Virus record (IMG/VR): IMGVR_UViG_2850972752_000004
Direction: 5' to 3' (one strand)
DNA from: an uncultured virus (IMG/VR IMGVR_UViG_2850972752_000004)
Taxonomy: Duplodnaviria; Heunggongvirae; Uroviricota; Caudoviricetes
Length of the DNA: 64,000 nucleotides
Translations under genes and position numbers: made by a program
In this document: positions 56,010-64,000 of the stretch, in pieces
Numbering within the stretch: position 1 is the stretch's first letter
Layout of the letters: every line of letters starts with the position of its first letter
Notes under the pieces: model-generated
Told to the model about the DNA's origin: nothing
Seen by the model: only the letters and a program-made list of their open reading frames with translations
Databases searched by the model: none

Positions 56010-56654
56010 ATGATTATTATCACCTGCGACCAAGGAAGCCCCGAATGGCACCAGGCCAGGGCCGGGTGCATCACCGCCAGTATGTTCGGCGATGCCCGCG
56101 CAAGGCTTAAATCTGGCGCCAACAAAGGCCAGCCGACTTCCGCCGCTCTGGATTACGCCTTCAAGCTGGCCGTTGAGCGTATCAGCGGGCAGCCGCTAGA
56201 TGGAGGATTCGAGACCTGGCAGATGAAGCGTGGTCACGAACTGGAACCAGAGGCCCGCATGGAGCACGAGATTCAGACAGGCCTGATCATCCAGCGCGCC
56301 GGCTTCGTGACAACCGACGACGGCATGTTCGGAGCCAGCGCTGACGGACTGATCGGCGAGGATGGCGGCAGCGAGTACAAGTGCTTCCTCGCCCCGGAGA
56401 AGCTTCGCGCCTTCCACATCGACAACGACGCCAGCGGAATCATGGATCAGGTTCAAGGATGCATGTGGATCACTGGCCGCAAGTTCTGGCACGTCGGCAT
56501 GTACTGCCCTGCGCTGGAGCCTGTAGGCCGTCAACTCTGGTGGCGAGAGTTCAAGCGCGACGACGACTACATCGAAGCTCTGGAGGAAGACCTGTGGCAG
56601 TTCAAGCTGCTGGTCGACGAGTACGAGGCAAAGCTTCGGGAGAAGGCGGCATGA
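56010..56654 (+). CDS. YqaJ / lambda-exonuclease family recombination nuclease
   Basis: QGSPEW..AR.G.ITAS, RGHELEP.AR, GASADG, EYKC, QVQG. Confidence 0.92.
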   Translation: MIIITCDQGSPEWHQARAGCITASMFGDARARLKSGANKGQPTSAALDYAFKLAVERISGQPLDGGFETWQMKRGHELEPEARMEHEIQTGLIIQRAGFVTTDDGMFGASADGLIGEDGGSEYKCFLAPEKLRAFHIDNDASGIMDQVQGCMWITGRKFWHVGMYCPALEPVGRQLWWREFKRDDDYIEALEEDLWQFKLLVDEYEAKLREKAA

Positions 56655-57013
56655 GCCAGATCGACTTCAGCCGTCATCCTGTAGATGTGCATCGAGACGA
56701 AATAGCCAGCCAGGTAGATGCGTTCCTGGCGGGCGGCGGAAAGATCGCATCCATCCCAATCGGCATGTCGGGAGACAAGGACGTCCAGTGGAACGGTAGG
56801 TCGGCACGAAAAGCTAAGCCAGGGCAGACCGACGCCGCGCACGCTGCGTTCGAAAGCAACCGCCGAGAGAATCGCAGGCTGCTATCGCAAACAGTCCGTT
56901 ACTGCGCAGACAAGGGGATGACTATCTCCGCCACCGCAGACGCAATGGACCTTGACCGCGCTACTGTCCGCAAGATCGCCGCCGAGCACGGCATCAGGTT
57001 CGGGCATCGTTAG
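56651..57013 (+). CDS. hypothetical protein with C-terminal HTH-like segment
   Basis: MSQIDF...; GMTISATADAMDLDRATVRKI. Confidence 0.7.
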   Translation: MSQIDFSRHPVDVHRDEIASQVDAFLAGGGKIASIPIGMSGDKDVQWNGRSARKAKPGQTDAAHAAFESNRRENRRLLSQTVRYCADKGMTISATADAMDLDRATVRKIAAEHGIRFGHR

Positions 57014-57049
57014 CGCCGCGACTCCCTCTCCCCGAACAGGAATAACCCC

Positions 57050-57253
57050 ATGCACCAGCTAACAGCGAATCACCGCCCTGGCGGTGTGACGGTCACCGGC
57101 TGGCCTGAAGAAAGCCAGCTCATGACCCCAGACGACATTCTGCTATTCGCGAGAGCGGTGAGGCAGATAGCGATCAACCAAGCCCAGGGCGCCGAGGGTG
57201 TTCTGGTCTACCCGGAGGTGGGTGATGGAAGTCAAGGCGAAGACCAAGCGTGA
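57050..57253 (+). CDS. hypothetical protein
   Basis: RBS AGGA, 67 aa. Confidence 0.55.
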   Translation: MHQLTANHRPGGVTVTGWPEESQLMTPDDILLFARAVRQIAINQAQGAEGVLVYPEVGDGSQGEDQA

Positions 57254-57391
57254 CTCCGGCCTGCGCACGGCAGTGCTCCTCCTGAAGCGCGCAAACCGCT
57301 ACGTCGGTGTCCACAACAGCATTGGCGCAATGGACCTCAGCACAGAGATTGTCGAATTCATCGCTGCTATTGAGCGGCAGGAGAAGGTATT

Positions 57392-59023
57392 GTGAGCAAG
57401 GAACTGAACAAGGCATCGGTAGAGCAGGCAGGCGGGGATGAGCGCGACTTGCAGGCAGAGGGCGCGCAGGAGGTTCCATCGCCAGTCTCACAAGAGTATG
57501 ACCGACATTTGATCAGTCTTTTGCGTAAAGGTGAGGCACTTCCTGGCCACCAGGAGGAAGCCGCTGACGAGATCGAGCGCCTGCGCGACTGGAATGATCA
57601 CCTGAACAACACCGTTCTACCCAACATCCTCAATCCAAATTTCCTGATGCTTATGAAGGGTGGCGAGAGGCTGCTTGACCTGTGCACGAAGGACGGCAAG
57701 TTCATTGGCGTATCGCTGAATGACATGAAGGACGTGTTTGATTGGATGGTCACGCACGCTCGAATTGCACCTGATCAAGCCGCCCTGGCGCAACCCTCCC
57801 CGGCGCAGGGCGATGAAAAACCCGGAGACAGCATCCTCTGCTACGGATGTTTCGCCAAAGGCGTCGGTCCCGACCATTTCGACGAGGCTGGGAAGTGTCT
57901 CGCAGCGCAGGGCGAGCAGGCAGAGCCGAAGTCGGGGCTTGAGGGATGGCGAGACGCGATCCGCCAGCTCGCCGAACAGGAAGAGGCTGTTGGTTGCCAG
58001 GGCACCAACTGCGGAACAACGACGGGCGATCACTCGCCGGAGTGCCTTGCCGAAGCGGCGGCATCCCAGGGCTGGGAGCTGAAGCCGGAAGACCTAGGCG
58101 AGGTGGAGGTGGTGGGCTATCTCGCCACTGCCGAACATCCGAAGCACGGCCAGCCGCACAAGGCGTTCAACTACTTCAAGGACCAGCACGACGCGCAGGT
58201 GGCGCACTGGCGTGAGCGCGGCTGCACGGTGACGGAAGACCGGCTTATGACCGTCTCCCAGCACGAGCGCATCGTCGGGGCGCTGCGGGCGGAGAACACA
58301 AAGCTGAGCGAAGCGCTCGACGAGAGCGATGGAGACCGCTGGAAGCTGCGATCCGAGCGCGACGCTGCCAACGCCCGTCTGCACGAAGTAGCAACGGACT
58401 GCGCAACGGCAGAGCAAGAGCGCGACGCCGCCCTGGCCAGGGTGGCGGAGCTGGAGCGCGTCCTGCGGGTAGTGGTCAACGCTGCCGACCATGGCTCATG
58501 GCCGACCACGGTGATGCATGGCATCGAGAAGGTGCGTGAAGTTCTCGCAGGCTCAGCCCCGCCCGTCAAGGCTCAGCCCGAGGAAACGCCCGGAGAAATA
58601 CTCGCCGCCAAACTGATCGAAACCTGGGTGGCGAAGCATGGAAAGCCGGCTCCATGGTCAAAAATAGTCGAGATCACAGCGCTTGCGACCAACATGCCCA
58701 ACGACGAGCGCGACCGACTGCTTGCACTGGACGATGACGTGGACGCCCAGGCTCAGCACAGCGTGCCGGGAAATGCTGCCGCTCTGGTACGGGCCGAAGG
58801 AAAGAAATACTCGCTCAACGCTGCCGGCATGCTTGACTCCGGCGCCCCGGAACACGCCCAGACCTTTGCCATCGTTCAGTTGCTGTCCGAGTTCGATGAC
58901 GAAGAAGCGGAAAGCCACTGGGAAGCGATCATGGCCTATTCCGATTTTCGCACCAGTGACGCTCTGTTCCATGCAGCCGAGCTGCTCGCCGCCGCGCCCG
59001 GCAAGGAGGTAGGTCATGAGTGA
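57392..59023 (+). CDS. large mosaic early protein
   Basis: 543 aa with typical phage linker segments (AALAQPSPAQ, ERDAALARVAELE, LLAAAPGKE). Confidence 0.75.
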   Translation: MSKELNKASVEQAGGDERDLQAEGAQEVPSPVSQEYDRHLISLLRKGEALPGHQEEAADEIERLRDWNDHLNNTVLPNILNPNFLMLMKGGERLLDLCTKDGKFIGVSLNDMKDVFDWMVTHARIAPDQAALAQPSPAQGDEKPGDSILCYGCFAKGVGPDHFDEAGKCLAAQGEQAEPKSGLEGWRDAIRQLAEQEEAVGCQGTNCGTTTGDHSPECLAEAAASQGWELKPEDLGEVEVVGYLATAEHPKHGQPHKAFNYFKDQHDAQVAHWRERGCTVTEDRLMTVSQHERIVGALRAENTKLSEALDESDGDRWKLRSERDAANARLHEVATDCATAEQERDAALARVAELERVLRVVVNAADHGSWPTTVMHGIEKVREVLAGSAPPVKAQPEETPGEILAAKLIETWVAKHGKPAPWSKIVEITALATNMPNDERDRLLALDDDVDAQAQHSVPGNAAALVRAEGKKYSLNAAGMLDSGAPEHAQTFAIVQLLSEFDDEEAESHWEAIMAYSDFRTSDALFHAAELLAAAPGKEVGHE

Positions 59024-59282
59024 GGAACACTACGAATCGAGGCTGGCAAGCAAGTGCCAGGGAGTCGCCCGGTGCCTGAGCTACAACGGGAACCGGCACG
59101 AAGCAGAGGCCAAGCATGTCTTGCTGGAAGCCTCTCACATGCTCGACAGCCATGCAGTCCGGGTCCATCAGAAAGCCGACGGTCTTCTGATGGTAAACGC
59201 TCGCGGCAAGTCGCGATTCATGAACTGGCGCGAACGGCTCGCACGCTGGCTGCTTAAGGGCTCATTGGAGATTCGGCCATGA
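59016..59282 (+). CDS. hypothetical protein
   Basis: Coupled ORF, RBS GGAGG. Confidence 0.65.
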   Translation: MSEEHYESRLASKCQGVARCLSYNGNRHEAEAKHVLLEASHMLDSHAVRVHQKADGLLMVNARGKSRFMNWRERLARWLLKGSLEIRP

Positions 59283-59827
59283 GTGAAAGATACCGAGTAG
59301 AGCAGACAGGAAAAGGGTTCTGGCCCTATTGCGTCAGGGCCGGAAATGGCACGCGCGATCTGTATGTGGGGCACAAAAAGACCTGTGACCGAGTTGCGGC
59401 GGAACTGACAACTGCGTTCAGGGATGGAGAATTTGTTGGCAAGGGACTCTACGACGCCCTCGCCGCCGAGGCCCAGGCGCTCAGGGAGGAAGTCGCGGCA
59501 CTGCGCGCAAGGGTGGTGGTTCCGGATGGGTACGCGCTCATGCCGCTGGAACCATCCCCCGAAATGCGTCTTGCGAGCCACCGGTACAAGCGCAAGAACA
59601 AAGTCTCGACCGGACCTGGATTCTGGCGCGCAATGGCCGAGGCTGCTCCGCGCCTCAACGGCCTGACGGTCAGCGCGTCCGCGCTCGATACCCTGCGCCG
59701 GTTCGCTACCGGGGAGGTTGGGCACCTGAACAGCGGGCATTGCCCTGATGATCTCGAAGGCCGCTCGGCGCGCGATCCGAATTGTTCGGTATGTAGAGCG
59801 CTAATCGATACGGAGAAGAGCAAATGA
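59279..59827 (+). CDS. hypothetical protein
   Basis: ATGA-coupled ORF, VVPDGY.LMPLEP motif. Confidence 0.7.
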   Translation: MSERYRVEQTGKGFWPYCVRAGNGTRDLYVGHKKTCDRVAAELTTAFRDGEFVGKGLYDALAAEAQALREEVAALRARVVVPDGYALMPLEPSPEMRLASHRYKRKNKVSTGPGFWRAMAEAAPRLNGLTVSASALDTLRRFATGEVGHLNSGHCPDDLEGRSARDPNCSVCRALIDTEKSK

Positions 59828-60021
59828 TTGTTCTGAGGTTCGAAAAATATCTGACCCTTTTCTCCTATCACGGCCTTCCTGTCTACATCGGAGACCAATG
59901 CATCACCCGCAGATCATTGGTCTGGTGGTGGCCGATAAACTGGATTGCCGTCTCCATAGGCGCACCAATCGTCATCTGGCGGCTATGGCGTCTTTCCCGC
60001 AGGAGGAAATCCAATGGCTGA
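59824..60021 (+). CDS. small hypothetical membrane protein
   Basis: Coupled ORF, Trp-rich hydrophobic segment. Confidence 0.55.
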   Translation: MIVLRFEKYLTLFSYHGLPVYIGDQCITRRSLVWWWPINWIAVSIGAPIVIWRLWRLSRRRKSNG

Positions 60022-60352
60022 AGAACTGAAACCGTGTCCGTTCTGCGGATGTTCGATGCGCCTGGAGAGCAACCACGACTGGCACAGGATCGTAGGCGAT
60101 CACTCGGCCGAGTGCGTGTTTCTCGACAGCGAAACCATGATGGTCCCAGCCATAAAAGATCAGCGTGAAATCGCCATCGCTGACTGGAACACCAGAGCAG
60201 TCCCCGCAGGCCATGTGGTGGCTCCGCGGGAGTTGCTGGAGGAACTTCTTGAGGCCGCGAAGGACGGTGCGGCGCACAAGGGGGAATACCTGTCCAAGAA
60301 GTATGGCGAGCCAGAGCTGTTCGCGAAGTTCGATACCCTCCTCCAATCCTAA
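60014..60352 (+). CDS. Lar-like zinc-binding protein
   Basis: ELKPCPFCG ... AIADWNTRA. Confidence 0.7.
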   Translation: MAEELKPCPFCGCSMRLESNHDWHRIVGDHSAECVFLDSETMMVPAIKDQREIAIADWNTRAVPAGHVVAPRELLEELLEAAKDGAAHKGEYLSKKYGEPELFAKFDTLLQS

Positions 60353-60645
60353 CCCTTTGATTCTCCTCCGATGCCGGAATCCCGGCATCGCCACCGCCAC
60401 CCTCGGCCAGGCTGAAACCCGCATTCCTGCTGGGCTTCAGCACAAAAACTAGCCGATTTTGGCCAGCGAGCCCGCCACCCCAAACCAACGAATCCGACCC
60501 CCGGAGGACCAACCGTGGACAACGAAAACGAAACCCTGGTCGCGCTGCTGGTCATCGCGCTGATCGTCTTCGGCATCTTCCGGATAGTCGGGGACTTCCA
60601 GAACCTCTACGAGCAGACCGAGTTGAAAGGACAGGAGTTGAGCAG

Positions 60646-60999
60646 ATGGAGCAAGCAATGAGACAGGAGTTTGAATACCGCTTCCCGATCCCTGAAGGCA
60701 TCGAGTGGCGTGACACCGATTACTTCCCGGTGCAGACCGATAACGTCCACGTATACGTGGCTCTTGCCGGAGTCGCTGCGCGCTACACGTCGATGTGGCA
60801 AGCCTGGCAAGCCAGCCGCGCGGCTCTGAGGGTGGAGTTGCCGCCGACGATCACCGCCGAAGAGGTTGTTGAGCATTTCAACATCGACGAGGAAGGCATC
60901 GACATGGCCGCTGGTATTGCGCACATGGTCAACGGCGCCATCTGGTCCTGTGCGGCATTCATCCAGCAAGCCGGAATCGAGGTGAAGCAGAATGGATGA
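60646..60999 (+). CDS. hypothetical protein
   Basis: RQEFE...WQAWQASRAALRVELP. Confidence 0.7.
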   Translation: MEQAMRQEFEYRFPIPEGIEWRDTDYFPVQTDNVHVYVALAGVAARYTSMWQAWQASRAALRVELPPTITAEEVVEHFNIDEEGIDMAAGIAHMVNGAIWSCAAFIQQAGIEVKQNG

Positions 61000-61426
61000 G
61001 CCACTTTTCAACGAACTGCTGGAAAGCGTGAAGCAGGCGGACCAGATCATGACCGACCACGCAAAGCTGCGGAGGCTGGCTGAAGAAGTGATCCGAATTG
61101 AGCGGAGCGAGGATGAGCCGATCTCCTCTGCTTGGGAATTATTCGATTCCGCCGCCAACCCCAAAGCCATCCTCGCCCTGCTGGACGAGATCGACGGGCT
61201 GAGCGACGAGTTATCCGCATGCACCGAGCATCCGGGCGGATGTGGGTATTGGCGCGAGGCCGCCAAGCGTAGAACTGAAGAACGCGATCAGTTCAAGGAG
61301 GAGAACGAAGCCCTGCGCGAGAGCCTGCAAGCGCTGATTCATATTTCAGACGCTACAGGCTGGGAAGACCATACCTGCGGAGAGATAGCCAAGGCGCGAG
61401 CAGCCCTGGAAGGAGCCAAGCCATGA
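60992..61426 (+). CDS. Ead/Ea22-like protein
   Basis: KLRRLAE...AANPKAILALLDEI. Confidence 0.7.
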   Translation: MDEPLFNELLESVKQADQIMTDHAKLRRLAEEVIRIERSEDEPISSAWELFDSAANPKAILALLDEIDGLSDELSACTEHPGGCGYWREAAKRRTEERDQFKEENEALRESLQALIHISDATGWEDHTCGEIAKARAALEGAKP

Positions 61427-61752
61427 CCGATATCAACAAGTTGAAGGAATTGGCGGAGCGGTACATCGCCAATCCATCCGGAGCCGGCGGCGAAGACTCC
61501 GCATTCCGTGCCGCCGCCAATCCACAAGCCATTCTCAAGCTGATTGCCGAGGTTGAGCTGCTGAGCGCTCGGCTCAAGGCGGAGAACGTGGCGCTGCGCA
61601 AGATCATTAGCGAGTGCGCCACGGCCTGCGGCGCTGGATGCGCGCCAGAATGCACGCTGGAGTTCATGAGCATGTTGCCTGGCGAGATCTCATCGGTAGT
61701 TAGCCGGCGCGCAGCCGCCGAGATCGGCAAGTCTATGGGAGGTGGGGAGTGA
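61423..61752 (+). CDS. Ead/Ea22-like protein
   Basis: DINKLKELAE...AANPQAILKLI. Confidence 0.7.
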   Translation: MTDINKLKELAERYIANPSGAGGEDSAFRAAANPQAILKLIAEVELLSARLKAENVALRKIISECATACGAGCAPECTLEFMSMLPGEISSVVSRRAAAEIGKSMGGGE

Positions 61753-61946
61753 TGAAACGGGAGGAATTCGAGAAACGCATGGCCGGCGTATTCGACCTGT
61801 CTAGCTACGTCGATGACCAGGGCAACATTCGATATTTCGACAGCAACACACAGGCTGCTTGGGATGGATGGCGATGGGCGATGGTGGTTTTCCAGCCAAT
61901 TGAAGCAGAACGGTATGGAGAGTTGAATGAGCGACGCACCCATTGA
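61749..61946 (+). CDS. hypothetical protein
   Basis: REEFE...Y...TQAAWDGW. Confidence 0.6.
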   Translation: MMKREEFEKRMAGVFDLSSYVDDQGNIRYFDSNTQAAWDGWRWAMVVFQPIEAERYGELNERRTH

Positions 61947-62382
61947 ACCCCATGAATACCTCTACGGCGTAAAGGTCGTCCAGATCGAGGACCTTCGAGT
62001 CGCCCGTGGATTGACCAGGCGCCCGGTTTCTTCATGCCGTCACAGGAAAATGGTCTACGACGACAAGGAGCGCCGCATCTGGTACAGCGACTGTGAAACG
62101 GAGGTCGAGCCGTTTGATGCCTTCATGCACCTGGTACAGGTATTCGACGGCGGCTTGAAGGACTTGAACAGGCGCCGCCGAGAGTTGCATGAGGCAGAGC
62201 AGTTTGCAATCCGCAGCCGTGCGGCCAAGGTGATCGACGAAGCGTGGCGCAGCACGAAGATGGCTCCGCTTTGCCCACACTGCAATGAGGCGCTTCTCCC
62301 GGAAGACGTTGTAAAGGGAGTTGCCACGGCGTCCAAGCAACTGATCATCGCTCGCCGCAACAAGCAGAAACAACCGAAGTAG
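61927..62382 (+). CDS. hypothetical zinc-binding protein
   Basis: CRH..M.YD, PLCPHC. Confidence 0.7.
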   Translation: MSDAPIEPHEYLYGVKVVQIEDLRVARGLTRRPVSSCRHRKMVYDDKERRIWYSDCETEVEPFDAFMHLVQVFDGGLKDLNRRRRELHEAEQFAIRSRAAKVIDEAWRSTKMAPLCPHCNEALLPEDVVKGVATASKQLIIARRNKQKQPK

Positions 62383-62560
62383 CCCAGCCGAGCCCACTAG
62401 GGCCTCTTCCTGAGGCCCGCCCGGCTGGGCGTTCAAATCCTACCAGAAGGCCTGACCGAGCAGTTAACCCCCATATTGCCCGATGCGGGCGCCCTGCCCG
62501 GCCAAGCCTCCACGAATTCTACCCGCCAACCCGATGCCGTTGATCGGCCAAGGTCTCGCT

Positions 62561-62875
62561 ATGTCTTTGATTTCAGTTGAGGCGGCCGCCGGCATTCTCG
62601 GCGTGAGCCGCAGGACCGCGTACCGCTACGCGGACGAAAAGCTGATCCCGGTGGTCAGGTTCAAAAAGACAATCCGGGTTCACAAGGAAAAGCTCGAACA
62701 GATGCTTGAAGAGGAAGCCGCTGCTAGCATGCGCGACGCGGTCGGCGTACCGGAGGAAGTATGCCGTACAAGAGAAACGACTCCGCCTACTGGTGGATCT
62801 CTTTCAAATCAGCAACAGGAAAGCTTGTTAGACGCTCTTCTGGAACTGCCGACTACTCGGCGGCGAAAGCACTAG
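62561..62875 (+). CDS. xis: excisionase-like HTH protein
   Basis: LISVEAAAGILGVSRRTAYRY.....IP.VR...IRV; overlaps the int start. Confidence 0.82.
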   Translation: MSLISVEAAAGILGVSRRTAYRYADEKLIPVVRFKKTIRVHKEKLEQMLEEEAAASMRDAVGVPEEVCRTRETTPPTGGSLSNQQQESLLDALLELPTTRRRKH

Positions 62876-63870
62876 AGCAACAGGAGCGCGCGAAAGCGTG
62901 GAAGGAAAAGGAAATGGGCGTGAATCCGCCCAGGACCTTTGAGGAGGTGATCATTCCGTACCTGCAGCACGCTCGCCAGCATCAGCGCAGCTACGAAACG
63001 ACCGTGCACCGCATAAAGCCGCTGCGCGAGTATTTTGCCGGACGCGTGGTCAACGATCTAGGGGGCCAGGACATCCGGGGATATGGAGCGCATCGGTTGG
63101 ATGCCGGCGCATCCCCGGCAACCATCAACCGAGAACTCGCCGCACTGTCCGCGGCGATCAACCACTGCAACACGGAACTGGAGTGGGCCCTTCCTAACCC
63201 AGTGAAGGGACGGAAGATGCGCGAGGCCGAAGGGCGTGATCGTTGGCTGACCAGGGCAGAGGTCGAGGCCCTGTGCCGAGCGGCGCGAGGGCAGAAGTTT
63301 GGCCCGATGCTGGAGGACTTCATTCGCCTGGCCGTCAACACAGGGTGCCGACGGGAGGAAATGCTTGGCTTGGAGTGGCGCAGGGTCGATTTCGCAAATC
63401 GACTGATCTACTTGGAGGCATCCCACACGAAGGCAGGCAAGCGCCGGAGCATCCCGATCAACGAAGGTGCGATGGCAGCACTAAAGCGACGAATGGCATT
63501 CAGGTCCGAGACCAGCCCGGAATGCCCCTGGGTCTTTGCGCGCGCTAACGGTGATCGAGTGGTATCGCTTTCGGCCGGCTTCAAGCAGGCCTGCCAGGAA
63601 GCGAAGATTGCGGACTTTACGATTCACGACCTGCGCCACACCTGCGCGGCATGGCTGGTCAGCTCCGGCGTTCCGCTGGCGGATGTACGGGATCTGCTCG
63701 GACACTCGACAGTCGCGATGACTGAGCGATATGCCCACCTTGCTCCGGCCAGGGTAAGGGATGCGGTTGGGGTTCTTGATCAAGTCCGTGAAAGTCGAAT
63801 TTCACGTTCTGTTCACGTTGATAATCCAGCGCATCTACATGGAGGGCCGCTGAAGCTCGTAAACACTTGA
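62761..63870 (+). CDS. int: tyrosine integrase
   Basis: TGCRREE, HDLRHT, LLGHS...MTERYAH catalytic residues; adjacent to att. Confidence 0.97.
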   Translation: MPYKRNDSAYWWISFKSATGKLVRRSSGTADYSAAKALEQQERAKAWKEKEMGVNPPRTFEEVIIPYLQHARQHQRSYETTVHRIKPLREYFAGRVVNDLGGQDIRGYGAHRLDAGASPATINRELAALSAAINHCNTELEWALPNPVKGRKMREAEGRDRWLTRAEVEALCRAARGQKFGPMLEDFIRLAVNTGCRREEMLGLEWRRVDFANRLIYLEASHTKAGKRRSIPINEGAMAALKRRMAFRSETSPECPWVFARANGDRVVSLSAGFKQACQEAKIADFTIHDLRHTCAAWLVSSGVPLADVRDLLGHSTVAMTERYAHLAPARVRDAVGVLDQVRESRISRSVHVDNPAHLHGGPLKLVNT

Positions 63871-63874
63871 TTTA

Positions 63875-63935
63875 GAAGGTGGTGCGGACGGAGAGACTCG
63901 AACTCTCACGCCTTGCGGCGCTGGAACCTAAATCC
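63875..63935. repeat. att core, right junction
   Basis: Identical to 581-641. Confidence 0.97.
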
Positions 63936-63964
63936 AGTGTGTCTACCAATTCCACCACGTCCGC
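63880..63964 (-). tRNA. tRNA-Leu (TAG), intact integration target
   Basis: GCGGACGTGGTGGAATTGGTAGACACACTGGATTTAGGTTCCAGCGCCGCAAGGCGTGAGAGTTCGAGTCTCTCCGTCCGCACCA, 85 nt with long variable arm. Confidence 0.97.
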
Positions 63965-64000
63965 GGGACACTGCTTGGAAATGAAAACGCCAGGCCTTGG

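Larger units (their letters stand above)
52895..56013 (+). pseudogene. erf: ERF-family ssDNA annealing protein interrupted by IS66
   Basis: 5' piece MQTSLKPMADSNTPIAIQES (52895-52956) joins in frame to ATVLQVIQ...QAVASSVSYGKRY...EDDD (55326-56013) across the 8-bp duplication. Confidence 0.85.

Noticed and set aside
60556..60571. Partial gapped match (cg.tg.tc.tc.tc) to the decoded tract
   Set aside because: Five dinucleotides only, in a hydrophobic codon run; flanks mismatch

Overview
The window holds a near-complete ~63.3 kb lambdoid siphovirus prophage in a Pseudomonas (P. aeruginosa-like) chromosome. It is integrated in tRNA-Leu(TAG), with a 61-bp direct repeat at 581-641 and 63875-63935 and a host tRNA-His at 444-520. 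The minus strand carries cro/cII, replication (O-like initiator, primase-helicase), nin genes, a Q-like regulator, three tRNAs, holins, terminase, head, tail and lysis genes. The plus strand carries cI, the early-left genes, ERF/exonuclease recombination genes (ERF split by an IS66), xis and int. An accessory block at ~9.98-16.3 kb between two tail-tip modules holds the most striking element: a stand-alone Cas7/RAMP-like gene (11298-11873), a coupled winged-helix-like gene and a hairpin-flanked non-coding tract of 19 in-phase GGY-NN pentamers (10694-10788). This looks like a CRISPR-independent RNA-guided system (VIPR-like, by recall) at the end of an arc/mnt/antirepressor operon. Other notable items are a C4-type antisense RNA controlling a second antirepressor, a free-standing paralog of the MuF C-terminal domain, two toxin-antitoxin pairs, a cytosine methyltransferase split over two overlapping frames, a tRNA-like ncRNA and a 22 x 27-bp coding repeat. 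All product calls come from motif recognition and synteny by eye; no database searches were run.
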